64,000 nt of DNA from Amphiscolops sp. MND2022 (Eukaryota), in assembly GCA_964187785.1 (NCBI GenBank), contig OZ076409.1, positions 70,868,001 to 70,932,000 of the forward strand, given 5' to 3'. Every line of letters begins with the position of its first letter. The stretch's first letter is position 1. The notes beneath the pieces are model-generated. The model was not told the origin of the DNA and did no database searches. It saw only the letters and a list, made by a program, of their open reading frames with translations. A program made the position numbers and the translations under genes. Of this stretch, positions 12,701-25,438 are shown piece by piece.

Positions 12701-14475
12701 GAAACGTTATGAGTATTTATCTGATCTGAAAGCCATTGAGATGCAATATGGTTTGCTCAAAACGTAATTCATGGCAGTTTGGCAATCAATCAACACCCTT
12801 TGTTGTCGTTTGACATACTTTTTTGTTGTTATAATAAAAATTTTGTGTATTTGTTCATTTTTTTCTCATCAAATAACTTGAAACAGTTGAGTACATTCCA
12901 TCCCCCCTTCACGGGGGAGATGAGAATGTACTCGCAAAAAGCCCCAAACTACGGCCCTTACCTTCCCGAGCTACGCAGTATAAGGATTACATATTGGTTC
13001 CGACATTTTCATAGAGTTAAATCTTGGTAATCTGTCTGGGTATGCAGAAAAACCAGCACGTGCTTTTTTATACCAAGTTGCTCACAACGACATTTATTTT
13101 ATATCAACGCCCCCATATTTATCAACGCCCCCCGTCCGTGGGCATGCCGAGGCATGCCCTTCGACGACGTATACCAAGATATACATCGAGCGCGTTAGCC
13201 TAGGTGCCGGGATTTTCTATTCGACAAGTTTGCGCGCCTTGGGGAGGGTCCCTTTGCGCGCTTTAAGATCCAGGTGTTTCCAACTCCTAAACGGGCATGT
13301 GATTTCGACGATCTCCTAAACTAGCCATACGATTTGGCTGAAATTTGGCACACGTACCCCCCTCGGCACGGTGAAGATGATTTCCTACTGACGTTTTTCC
13401 CGCTAAACATTTTTTGTTGACCAAAATAACGGTTTTTGGGGTAAAATTTTTGATTTTTTTTAAATTTCATCTTATATCTCGCCACGGGTACACGCTAGCG
13501 CTTCGAAACCTCGCTGACGAAACCTTGCAAACTGTCTCAGGAATGCTGTGTGAAATTTTCAGCTCAATCGGACCTGAACTCGGGGAGATATAGCGTTTTT
13601 CCGGAGCGGGGGGGTTTCATTTTTCTAACGGTCCAGCTTATCTTTGCCATTTTTTCGAAAATGCACTCGCCTAAAGGCCTCCCCTGGCCGGTTTTATTCC
13701 CAACAAAACCATTTGGCCCTAAATACGGAGTTTCAGCGTTCCAGCATTCCCGGGCGAAAAGTTGTGGGACTTAGAAAAGTTCAAAAATTTTTTAAAAAAA
13801 AATTTTCCGTTATTTGGGCCCTCAAAGTGGGGGAAAAGACCCCCCAACCAGTAAAGCAAGTGAATGCATGTGGAAAGCCCTTGTTTAGACGAGAAAAATG
13901 CCGTTTAGAACGTCTTTTTATCTTAACTTGACATTGACTTTTGTCGTTTTGAAGGTGACCGTTAGATACGGAAAATTGATGTTTTGAGTATTTATCCCAT
14001 CTGAAAGCCATTTAGATACAACATGTTTTGCTCAAAACGTGTTTCATTGCAGTTTCGCTGTCCAATTATCACCCTTTGGTGTCTTTTCACGTAATTTTCG
14101 TTTCTATAATAACAATTTTTTTGTGTATTTATTCATTTTTTTCTCATCAAATAACTTGAAACAGTTGAGTACATTCCATCTCCCTTCCCAGGGGAGATGA
14201 GAATGTACTCGCTAAAGGTCAGGAACTACGGTCTATATCTTCCACAACACAAAAGGGATTGCAAATGGTTTCAGTTTGTCGCAGAAAACTTCTTTTTGCC
14301 CTCTGTGACTCGACAAAATGAACGTTTCTTACTTACTTTGAAACTCAGCATACCACAACTCATCTCTAACGTCAGCGCCCCCCTACTTGCATCAACGCCC
14401 ACCGTCCGTGGGCATGCCGAGGCATGCCCTTCGACGACGTATACCAAGATATACCTGGAGCGCGGTAGCCGCTAG
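6781..14475 (+). mobile_element. Family B units x6 (1270, 1290, 1291, 1285, 1287, 1272 bp)
   Basis: Boundaries at CTAG|GTG (8050, 9340, 10631, 11916, 13203, 14475). Head GTGCCGG; shared body CCATACGATTTGGCTGAAATTTGGCACACGTACCCCCCTCGGCAC...; GAGTAC-type hairpin (e.g. 7743-7786). Confidence 0.7.
7743..7786 (+). other. GAGTAC-type subterminal hairpin (representative; one per A, B, D and F unit)
   Basis: GAGTACATTCCATCTCCC-TTCCCGG-GGGAGATGAGAATGTACTC. The A version has perfect 15-bp arms, GTACATTCTCATCTC/GAGATGAGAATGTAC. Confidence 0.85.
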
Positions 14476-17400
14476 GTGGCCGTGTCTTTTCGACGTGCTT
14501 TTGCATTGAGGAGTGGGTAGGGCCCCGCGACGACCTAGAAGAATTGGATGCTCACCGAAACGTGCAGAATTCTACGAGATCTCATAGTTTGAGCCATACG
14601 ATTTTTCTGAAATTTGGCATGTGGCCTGGAATTGGTGAGTAGGTAAAACGTGTAGAAGGTAATTTTTCCCAAATTCCACTGTGAGAGGAGATATGGGCAA
14701 ATAACGGACCCAAAAATGGCAAAAATGCACATTTTTCAACTTTGTCAGCCAATATCTCTATTCCAGGTGCCCGTAGCCTTCCGCACGTGGACATCAATAT
14801 TGCTCAGCGCTGTTGGAGGAGTGCGTGGACAAATTTTGGTTTAAATCGGACTTAAACTTGACGAGAAATTAACGGTTTTTTGGGCGTTTCCGGGGTAAAT
14901 TTTTTAACGGTCCAGCTTATCTTTGCCATTTTTTCAAAAATGTACATGCCTAAAGGCCTCCCCCTGGCCGAATTTTCTCCCAGCAAACCCATTTGGCCCT
15001 AAATACGGAGTTTCAGCGTTCCAGCATTCCGGGGCGGAAAGTTGTGGGACTTGGAAAAATTTCAAAATTTTTTCAAAAAATTTTTTTCCCGTTTTCCGGG
15101 CCCCCAATGAAGGGGAACGACCCTCCAACCAGTATTTTGAGTGAATTCATGTGGAACGCCCATGTTTGGAGGAGAAAAATGCCGTTTAGCACATCTTTTT
15201 TATCTTAACTTGACATTGACTTATGACGTTTTGAATGTGATGTTAGGATATATGAAGCATGTTAAAAGTTGAAGTTTTGAGTCTTTATCTCATCGGAAAA
15301 CCATTGAGATACAAGCAGTTTTGCTAAAAACGATTTTCATTGTAGGTTAGCAGAGTATTAGTACACTTTGATGTCATTTGAGTATTTTTTTCTTCTATAT
15401 AATAACTGTTTTTATGTATTTATTCCAATTTATCTCATCTTTTAACATCAAGCAGTTGAGTACATTTCATCTCCCTTTCGGGGGAGATGAGAATGTACTC
15501 GCTAAAAACCTAATGCTATGGCGCCAATGTTTGGATGGGAAGTTTTCTATGCTTTGAAAAAAGTTATTTTTAATTACTTGATTTTTTAAAACAATAATTA
15601 ACATGAAGTACATTACTTGCTCCTACTACTACCACCATACATCTCTAACGTCAACGCCCCCTGCTTGCATCAACGCCCCATCGTCCGTGGGCATGCCGAG
15701 GCATGCCCTTCGACGACGTATGCCAAATGCCCAGTGCCACGCAGTCTTTCCCCGCTAGGTGGCCGTGTCTTTTCGACGTGCTTTTGCATTGAGGAGTGGG
15801 TAGGGCCCCGCGACGACCTAGAAGAATTGGATGCTCACCGAAACGTGCAGAATTCTACGAGATCTCATAGTTTGAGCCATACGATTTTGCTGAAATTTGG
15901 CATGTGGCCTGGAATTGGTGAGTAGGTAAAACGTGTAGGAGGTGATTTTTCCCAAATTCCACTGTGAGACGAGATATGGGCAAATAACGGTCCCAAAAAT
16001 GGCAAAAATGCACTTTTTTCAACTTTGTCAGCCCATATCTCGTTCCCAGGTGCCCGGAGCGGGACGCGTTAAGCTGATTATAAACTCTAGGGTGTTGAGG
16101 CTGTACGGGGAAGTCAGGCCCGTTCCGATCGGACTTGTAGTCTTGGAGAAATAACGGTATTTTTGGGGAACCTTTTCTAACGGTCCAGCTTATCTTTGCC
16201 ATTTTTTCGAAAATGTACTCGCCTAAAGGCCTCCCCCTGGCCGAATTTACTCCCAGCAAAACCATTTGGCCCTAAATACGGAGTTTCAGCGTTCCAGCAT
16301 TCCCGGGCGAAAAGTTGTGGGACTTGGAAAATTTTCAAAAATTTTCAAAAAATTTTTTTTTCGTTTTCCGGGCCCCCAATGAAGGGGAAACGACCCCCCA
16401 ACCAGTATTTTGAGTGAATTCATGTGGAAAGCCCTTGTTTTGACGAGAAAAATACCGTATAGAACATCTTTTTATCTTGACTCAACGTTGACTTATGACG
16501 TTTTGAATGTGATGTAAGGATGTAGGAGGCATGTGATAAGTTGATGTTTTGAGTCTTTATCTCATATGAAAGCGGTTGAGATGCAAGCTGTCCTGCTCAA
16601 AACGTCTTTCGTTGTAATTTTCCAGTGCACCAATACCCTTTGGTGTCATATGAACATACTTTTTGTCGATATATTAACAATTTTAATGTATTTATTCCAA
16701 TTTTTATTATCTTATAACTCAAAACAGTTGAGTACATTTCATCTCCCTTTCGGGGGAGATGAGAATGTACTCGCTAAAGACCTAGCGCCATGACCAAAAG
16801 TTTGAAACCCGCGTTTTTTATCTTCTTACAGACTTGTTTTTGTATTTTTTCGGAATTTTTTAAAAATTAATATACTTGAAATACATTACTTGACTTTACT
16901 ACTACAATCCACCTCCAACGTCAACGCCCCCCTGCTTGCATCAACGCCCACCGTCCGTGGGCATGCCGAGGCATGCCCTTCGACGACGTATGCCAAATGC
17001 CCAGTGCCACGCAGTCATTTTCGCTAGGTGGCCGTGTCTTTTCGACGTGCTTTTGCATTGAGGAGTGGGTAGGGCCCCGCGACGACCTAGAAGAATTGGA
17101 TGCTCACCGAAACGTGCAGAATTCTACGAGATCTCATAGTTTGAGCCATACGATTTTTCTGAAATTTGGCATGTGGCCTGGAATTGGTGAGTAGGTAAAA
17201 CGTGTAGAGGGTAATTTTTCCCAAATTCCACTGTGAGAGGAGATATGGGCAAATAACGGACCCAAAAATGGGGAAAATGCACATTTTTCAAATTTGTCAG
17301 CCAATATCTCTTTTCCAGGTGCCCGTAGCGTTCCGCACGTGGACATCAATATTGCTCAGCGCTGTTGGAGGAGTGCGTGGACAAATTTTGGTTCAAATCG

Positions 17401-19581
17401 GACTTAAACTTGACGAGAAATTAACGGTTTTTTGGGCGTTTCCGGGGTAAATTTTTTAACGGTCCAGCTTATCTTTGCCATTTTTTCGAAAATGTACATG
17501 CCTAAAGGCCTCCCCCTGGCCGAATTTACTCCCAGCAAACCCATTTGGCCCTAAATACGGAGTTTCAGCGTTCCAGCATTCCGGGGCGGAAAGTTGTGGG
17601 ACTTGGAAAAATTTCAAAATTTTTTCAAAAATTTTTTTTCCCGTTTTCCGGGCCCCCAATGAAGGGGAACGACCCCCCAACCAGTATTTTGAGTGAATTC
17701 ATGTGGAAAGCCCATGTTTGGAGGAGAAAAATGCCGTTTAGCACATCTTTTTATCTTAACTTGACATTGACTTATGACGTTTTGAATGTGATGTTAGGAT
17801 ATATGAAGCATGTTAAAAGTTGAAGTTTTGAGTCTTTATCTCATCGGAAAACCATTGAGATACAAGCAGTTTTGCTAAAAACGATTTTCATTGTAGGTTA
17901 GCAGAGTATTAGTACACTTTGATGTCATTTGAGTATATTTTTCTTCTATATAATAACTGTTTTTATGTATTTATTCCAATTTATCTCATCTTTTAACATC
18001 AAGCAGTTGAGTACATTTCATCTCCCCCCTTTCGGGGGAGATGAGAATGTACTCGCTAAAAACCTAATGCTATGGCGCCAATGTTTGGATGGGAAGTTTT
18101 CTATGCTTTGAAAAAAGTTATTTTTAATTACTTGATTTTTTAAAACAATAATTAACATGAAGTACATTACTTGCTCCTACTACTACCACCATACATCTCT
18201 AACGTCAACGCCCCCTGCTTGCATCAACGCCCCATCGTCCGTGGGCATGCCGAGGCATGCCCTTCGACGACGTATGCCAAATGCCCAGTGCCACGCAGTC
18301 TTTCCCCGCTAGGTGGCCGTGTCTTTTCGACGTGCTTTTGCATCGAGGAGTGGGTAGGGCCCCGCGACGACCTAGAAGAATTGGATGCTCACCGAAACGT
18401 GCAGAATTCTACGAGATCTCATAGTTTGAGCCATACGATTTTTCTGAAATTTGGCATGTGGCCTGGAATTGGTGAGTAGGTAAAACGTGTAGGAGGTGAT
18501 TTTTCCCAAATTCCACTGTGAGACGAGATATGGGCAAATAACGGTCCCAAAAATGGCAAAAATGCACTTTTTTCAAGTTTGTCAGCCCATATCTCGTCCC
18601 CAGGTGCCCGGAGCGGGACGCGTTAAGCTGATTATAAACTCTAGGGTGTTGAGGCTGTACGGTGAACTTGGGCCCGTTCCGATCCGACTTGTAGTCTTGG
18701 AGAAATAACGGTAATTTTGGGGAACCTTTTCTAACGGTCCAGCTTATCTTTGCCATTTTTTCGAAAATGTACTCGCCTAAAGGCCTCCCCCTGGCCGAAT
18801 TTACTCCCAGCAAAACCATTTGGCCCTAAATACGGAGTTTCAGCGTTCCAGCATTCCCGGGCGAAAAGTTGTGGGACTTGGAAAATTTTCAAAAATTTTC
18901 AAAAAATTTTTTTTTCGTTTTCCGGGCCCCCAATGAAGGGGAAACGACCCCCCAACCAGTATTTTGAGTGAATTCATGTGGAAAGCCCTTGTTTTGACGA
19001 GAAAAATACCGTTTAGAACATCTTTTTATCTTGACTCAACGTTGACTTATGACGTTTTGAATGTGATGTAAGGATGTAGGAGGCATGTGATAAGTTGATG
19101 TTTTGAGTCTTTATCTCATATGAAAGCGGTTGAGATGCAAGCTGTCCTGCTCAAAACGTCTTTCGTTGTAATTTTCCAGTGCACCAATACCCTTTGGTGT
19201 CATATAAACATACTTTTTGTCGATATATTAACAATTTTAATGTATTTATTCCAATTTTTATTATCTTATAACTCAAAACAGTTGAGTACATTTCATCTCC
19301 CTTTCGGGGGAGATGAGAATGTACTCGCTAAAGACCTAGCGCCATGACCAAAAGTTTGAAACCCACGTTTTTTATCTTCTTACAGACTTGTTTTTGTATT
19401 TTTTCGGAATTTTTTAAAAATTAATATACTTGAAATACATTACTTGACTTTACTACTACAACCCACCTCCAACGACAACGCCCCCCTGCTTGCATCAACG
19501 CCCACCGTCCGTGGGCATGCCGAGGCATGCCCTTCGACGACGTATGCCAAATGCCCAGTGCCACGCAGTCATTATCGCTAG
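14476..19581 (+). mobile_element. Family D units x4 (1283, 1269, 1285, 1269 bp) arranged as a duplicated dimer with a 2554-bp period
   Basis: Head GTGGCCGTGTCTTTTCGACG. Unit 1 is near-identical to unit 3 and unit 2 to unit 4, while units 1 and 2 differ internally. The central block (CCATTTGGCCCTAAATACGGAGTTTCAGCG) is shared with family B. Confidence 0.7.
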
Positions 19582-20870
19582 GTGCCGGTGTCTTTTTACA
19601 CAATGGGGGAAGTTGCGCGGTTGGGGAGGGTCCCTGACGCGCTTCCGTGAGATCAGGTTTTTCAACTAGTGAAATCGACAAAGAAAATTGAGATCTCGTA
19701 AACTAGCCATACGATTTGGCTGAAATTTGGCACACGTACCCCCCTCGGCACGGTGAAGATGATTCCCTACTGACGTTTTGCTCGCTAAACATTTTTTGTT
19801 GACCAAAATAACGGTTTTTGGGGTAAAATTTTCAACTTTTTTTAAATTTCATCTTATATCTCGCCACGGGTTTACGCTAGCGCTTCCAAATCTTGCTGAC
19901 GAAACCTTGCAAACTGTCTCAGGAATGCGGTGTGAAACTTTCAGCTCAATCGGACTCAAACTCGGGGAGATATAGCGTTTTTCCGGAGCGGGGGGGTTTC
20001 ATTTTTCTAACGGTCCAGCTTATCTTTGCCATTTTTTCGAAAATGCACTCGCCTAAAGGCCTCCCCTGGCCGGTTTTATTCCCAGCAAAACCATTTGGCC
20101 CTAAATACGGAGTTTCAGCGTTCCAGCATTCCCGGGCGAAAAGTTGTGGGACTTAGAAAATTTCAAAAATTTTCAAAAATTTTTTTTTCCGTTATTTGGG
20201 CCCCCAAAGTGGGGGAAAAGACCCCCCAACCAGTAAAGCAAGTGAATGCATGTGCAAAGCCCTTGTTTAGAGGAGAAAAATGCCGTTTAGAACGTCTTTT
20301 TATCTTGGCTCAACGTTGACTTATGACGTTTTGAAGGTGATGTTTGGAGGTGTAAAGCACGTGAATAGTAAACGTTATGAGTATTTATCTGATCTGAAAG
20401 CCATTGAGATGCAATATGGTTTGCTCAAAACGTAATTCATTGCAGTTTGGCAATCAATCAACACCCTTTGTTGTCGTTTGACATTTTTTTGTTGTTATAA
20501 TAAAAAATTTTGTGTATTTATTCATTTTTTTCTCTTCAAATAGCTTGAAACAGTTGAGTACATTCCATCCCCCCTTCCGGGGGAGATGAGAATGTACTCG
20601 CAAAAAGCACCGAACTACGGCCCTTACCTTCCCGAGCTACGCAGTATAAGGATTACATATTGGTTCCGACATTTTCATAGAGTTAAATCTTGGTAATCTG
20701 TCTGGATATGCAGAAAAATCAGCACGTGCCTTTCAATACCATGTTGCTTACAACGACAATTATTTTATATCAACGCCCCCATGTTTATCAACGCCCCCCG
20801 TCCGTGGGCATGCCGAGGCATGCCCTTCGACGACGTATACCAAGATATACATAAGCGCGGTAGCCGCTAG
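19582..20870 (+). mobile_element. Family B unit (1289 bp)
   Basis: Same head subtype (GTGCCGGTGTCTTTTTACAC) as the unit at 9341-10631; bounded by CTAG|GTG. Confidence 0.7.
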
Positions 20871-20903
20871 GTGCGGGGGGGTAACCCCAACAAATATATT
20901 GGA

Positions 20904-20927
20904 GGATTCGGGTAGGGTCCTGAATCC
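20904..20927 (+). other. Head stem-loop with conserved (T/G)AGGGN loop (representative; one per unit head)
   Basis: GGATTCGGG-TAGGGT-CCTGAATCC in family C; different but still pairing stems surround the same loop in the other families. Confidence 0.8.
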
Positions 20928-22381
20928 GATTTTAACTCTAATAGCTATCGATAGGAAATTAAGCAAAAATTTCGGGATCTCGTGATCTAACCATAGGATT
21001 TTAAAGTTGGAGCGGCCCCCACCAGATTTTCCGAAAATTAGCGCCCCCCACCGGGTTCCATACCCCGGAAAATTTTTTTCTGGCCACACGGGCGACCGTT
21101 AGGGGGTCATATTAGGGGTAAAATTCATATTTGGCCACATAACTTTTTTTCTGTTGATTTAAAACTTTGGAACCCTGCTAAAAGTTTCTTGACCGTATTG
21201 CAAGGGCTCCGGAGGTCCAAACCAAATTTTTCTATCTTGAAGCTATCTCCAAGTACCCCCCCGCTCAAACCGTTATTTTTCCGGAAACGCAGGTTTTTGA
21301 CCCGGAAGGAGTCGTCTGAGCGCGGGGTCGTTAGGTGATGTTTTGGGGACGGCCTTGAGACGAAGTGGGGGACATGTAGTTTGCCAACCTCAGTTTACCC
21401 CCCGGACGGGAAATGACCGTTATATGAGCGGCAAAAATGTCCCCCTCCACGTTTTACCGCTATTTCCGGTGTGAAGGAGTGGGAGTAGCGTGTCGGGTGC
21501 CATATATCAAAAGAAGGTTTAGACAAGGATCTATCGGAAACATGTGGTTTGGGACCCCCTGGACCAACCCGTTAGCAGGAAATGGGGCTTCCGGCCCGTT
21601 TTTTTACGGTTAAAAACGGAAAATGGGCATTGAGGGGTAAATATCTCGTCAACGCGTGGAGCTACGGTGTCCTTCACTACTACAAGGTTTCATACCCATG
21701 ATATGGTGCGTTCAGGGGGGCAAACAGATTTCCGCTATCTATCACCGTTACGGACTTGGCCCCCCAGCCTAACCGTTAAGTGACCGGAAATGTCATATTT
21801 TGAGCCCAAAGGGTCGGTCCCAGCCAGGGAACGTTAGGTAACTTATTGTAGTACTCATTGAGACGAGCTGGGGGACATAGTTTCAGTCACCCCCCGTTAC
21901 CCCTTAGGACCGGAAATGACCGTTATGTGAGTAAAATTGCCATTTTTGTCCTATTTGAAGGGCATTTAGATGCGGAAGGAGTAGTAATAGGTGCTTGGAC
22001 ACTATATCAGGTAAGGGAGGACGTGAGGCGAGCATTCAGACATAACCGTTATGTTGACCCTAAAGTCCCCCTGGTACCGTAAACGACCGGAAATGGTCAA
22101 ATTTTGTGTCTATTGGGTACAAATGTTTGGTATTTTGTAATTAAAAGTATCTATTAGGTGTTTCGACGGTTTGCAGTAGTGAACATAGTCATGAAACCTT
22201 GTGGGGGGTAACGGTATATAGCACCGGAAATCCGAACCGTTGGAGACAGGATAGGTTTTTTGGTTTTAAAATGTCTTTCGGCGTACTTTTGTCGACTATT
22301 ATGGACTATTTTTAAAAATTAAAGTTTTTCCATATAGTTTCAGAGACTCCGAAACCTCAACCAACATAACCGTTACCTTAT

Positions 22382-22425
22382 GATAGCCTTTCAAGTTGGC
22401 CTGGTGTCAACTTGGAAGGGCTATC
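22382..22425 (+). other. GATAGCC-type subterminal hairpin (representative; one per C, E, G, H and I unit)
   Basis: GATAGCCTTTCAAGTTGGC-CTGGT-GTCAACTTGGAAGGGCTATC. The unit E version pairs over 20 bp when two G-T wobbles are allowed. Confidence 0.85.
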
Positions 22426-22841
22426 CTTCAAAAATCGTTAATCAAGTGTGTTTTTGGGTATGTTTTTATCATTTTAGAATCAATTAGAGCTCCAAGAAAA
22501 GTTTGCCAACGACAAAAACTATGTCGTGATGATTCCGTTATTAGAATGATGGTTAACAAAATGTTGATAAAGTTGATTTTTTACATTTCAAATGTGTCCT
22601 AAAAGCCAGAAAACTTCTTTACCAAAAAAATGGTATTGATTGAATTGTATATAACAGGTAATAAAAGTTCAAATTGATTATTACGTTTCATTATTCAAGC
22701 TAAAACTTCATAACAAAGTTTAATTAACGTCCACGCCACATACTTTACATCAACGCCCACCGTCTGTGGGCATGCCGAGGCATGCCCTTCGACGACATAT
22801 ACCAAATACATACCTAACGACGCCCGTACATGCCGGGCTAG

Positions 22842-25438
22842 GTGCCGGGATTTCTATTCGATAAAGTATGTGGCGCGCCTTGGGTAGGGTCCCTTGCGCG
22901 CTCTTGGGTATGGTGTTCACCAGCTAGGAAATAGGGGTCGATTTTTCGGGATCTCCTAAACTAGCCACACGATTTGGCTGAAATTTGGCACACGTACTCC
23001 CCTCGGCATGGTGAAGATGATTCCCTACTAGCGTTTTGCTCGCAAAATTTTTTTTGTTGTCCAAAATAACGGTTTTTTGTGGAAAATTTTGAACTTTTTT
23101 TAAATTTCATCTTATATCTCGCCACGGGTTTACGCTAGCGCTTCAAAACCCTGCTAAAGAAAGCTTGCAAACTGTCTCAGGAATGCGGTGTGAAATTTTG
23201 AGCACAATCGGACTTAAACTCAAGGAGATATAGCGTTTTTCCGGAGCGGGGGGGTTTCATTTTTCTAACGGTCCAGCTTATCTTAGCCATTTTTTCGAAA
23301 ATGTACTCGCCTAAAGACCTCCCCTGGCCGGTTTTATTCCCAGCAAAACCATTTGGCCCTAAATACGGAGTTTCAGCGTTCCAGCATTCCCGGGCGAAAA
23401 GTTGTGGGACTTAGAATAGTTCAAAAAATTTCAAATTTTTTTTCCGTTATTTGGGCCCCCAAAGTGGGGGAAAAGACCCCCCAACCAGTAAAGCAAGTGA
23501 ATGCATGTGCAAAGCCCTTGTTTGGACGAGAAAAATGCCGTTTAGAACGTCTTTTTATCTTGGCTCAACGTTGACTTATGACGTTTTGAAGGTGATGTTT
23601 GGAGGTGTAAAGCACGTGAATAGTAAACGTTATGAGTATTTATCTGATCTGAAAGCCATTGAGATGCAATATGGTTTGCTCAAAACGTAATTCATTGCAG
23701 TTTGGCAATCAATCAACACCCTTTGTTGTCGTTTGACATATTTTTTTGTTGTTATAATAAAAAATTTTGTGTATTTTTTCATTTTTTTCTCATCAAATAA
23801 CTTGAAACAGTTGAGTACATTCCATCCCCCCTTCCGGGGGAGATGAGAATGTACTCGCAAAAAGCACCGAACTACGGCCCTTACCTTCCCGAGCTACGCA
23901 GTATAAGGATTACATATTGGTTCCGACAATTTCATAGAGTTAAATCTTGGTAATCTGTCTGGATATGCAGAAAAATCAGCACGTGCCTTTTAATACCAAG
24001 TTGCTTACAACGACAATTATTTTATATCAACGCCCCCATATTTATCAACGCCCCCCGTCTGTGGGCATGCCGAGGCATGCCCTTCGACGACGTATACCAA
24101 GATATGCGTTAACGCGTTAGCCTAGGTGCCGGGATTTCTATTCGATAAAGTATGTGGCGCGTGTGGGTAGGGTCCCTGGCGCGCTCTTGGGTATGGTGTT
24201 CACCAGCTAGGAAATAGGGGTCGATTTTTCGGGATCTCGTAAACTAGCCACACGATTTGGCTGAAATTTGGCACACGTACTCCCCTCGGCACAGTGAAGA
24301 TGATTTCCTACTGACGTTTTTCCCGCAAAATTTTTTTTGTTGTCCAAAATAACGGTTTTTGGGGTAAAATTTTGAATTTTTTTTAAATTTTATCTTATAT
24401 CTCGCCACCGGTTTAGGCTAGCGCTTCAAAACCCTGCTAAAGAAAGCTTGCAAACTGTCTCAGGAATGCGGTGTGAAATTTTCAGCTCAATCGGACTTAA
24501 ACTCGGGGAGATATAGCGTTTTTCCGGAGCGGGGGGGTTTCATTTTTCTAACGGTCCAGCTTATCTTAGCCATTTTTTCGAAAATGTACTCGCCTAAAGA
24601 CCTCCCCTGGCCGGTTTTATTCCCAGCAAAACCATTTGGCCCTAAATACGGAGTTTCAGCGTTCCAGCATTCCCGGGCGAAAAGTTGTGGGACTTAGAAA
24701 AATTCAAAAATTATCAAAAAAAATTTTTTCCGTTTTCCGCCCTCCCCCCCTAGGGGAAAAGACCCCCCAACCAGTAATTTGAGTGAATTCATGTGGAAAG
24801 GCCATGTTTAGACGAAAAAATTGCCGTTTAGAACGTCTTTATATCTCAACCTGAACTTGACTTATGAAGCTTTAAAGGTGATGTTTGGACGTGTGAAGCA
24901 TGTAAAAAAAGGAATTTTTTTGATTTTATTTCATCAGAAAGTCATTGAATCACACGCTGTGAAGCCCAGAGCGTGGTTTCTAATAGTTTGGTATCGTTTA
25001 AACGCATTTTGGTGTCTTTTTACTCTGTTTAAAAAACTTTTCTCCTGAAAATTAATAAATTTTGATTACTTTTCTTACTTTCCATTAATTTTTTTTTCTT
25101 ATATTTTTACTTGAAACAGTTGAGTACATTCCATCTCCCTTCCCGGGGGAGATGAGAATGTACTCGCAAAAAGCCGCGAACTACGGCCCATACCTTCCCG
25201 AGATACGCAGTATAAAGATAACATAATGGTCCAGACATTTTAATGGAGTTGTATCTTGGTAATATGTCTGGATTTGCAGAAAAATCAGCACGTGCCATTT
25301 TATACCAAGTTGCTCGCAACGACAATTAATTTAAATCAACGCCCCCCACAAAAATCAACGCCCCCCGTCCGTGGGCATGCCGAGGCATGCCCTTCGACGA
25401 CGTGCACCAAAATATGCCCCGAGCGCGTTAGCAGCTAG
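22842..25438 (+). mobile_element. Family B units x2 (1284 and 1313 bp; the second has a diverged 3' half)
   Basis: Shared head subtype (...GGGTATGGTGTTCACCAGC...); junctions at 24125 and 25438; GAGTAC-type hairpins present. Confidence 0.7.

Larger units (their letters stand above)
20871..22841 (+). mobile_element. Family C unit (1971 bp), isolated between B units
   Basis: Head GTGCGGGGGGGTAACCCC; GATAGCC-type hairpin at 22382-22425; bounded by CTAG|GTG on both sides. Confidence 0.7.

Noticed and set aside
20913..20918. Telomeric repeat (TAGGGT) or HeT-A/TART-like retroelement array
   Set aside because: Single hexamer in a hairpin loop, no tandem TTAGGG, no oligo(A) at junctions and no 5'-truncated copies.
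22382..22425. The 44-nt hairpins as abutted terminal inverted repeats of tandem cut-and-paste transposons
   Set aside because: Family switches never occur at these hairpins; both flanks always belong to the same family.
24750..24756. Internal CTAGG (also near 48659) as an extra junction
   Set aside because: Followed by GG rather than TG, and lacks the upstream palindrome module.
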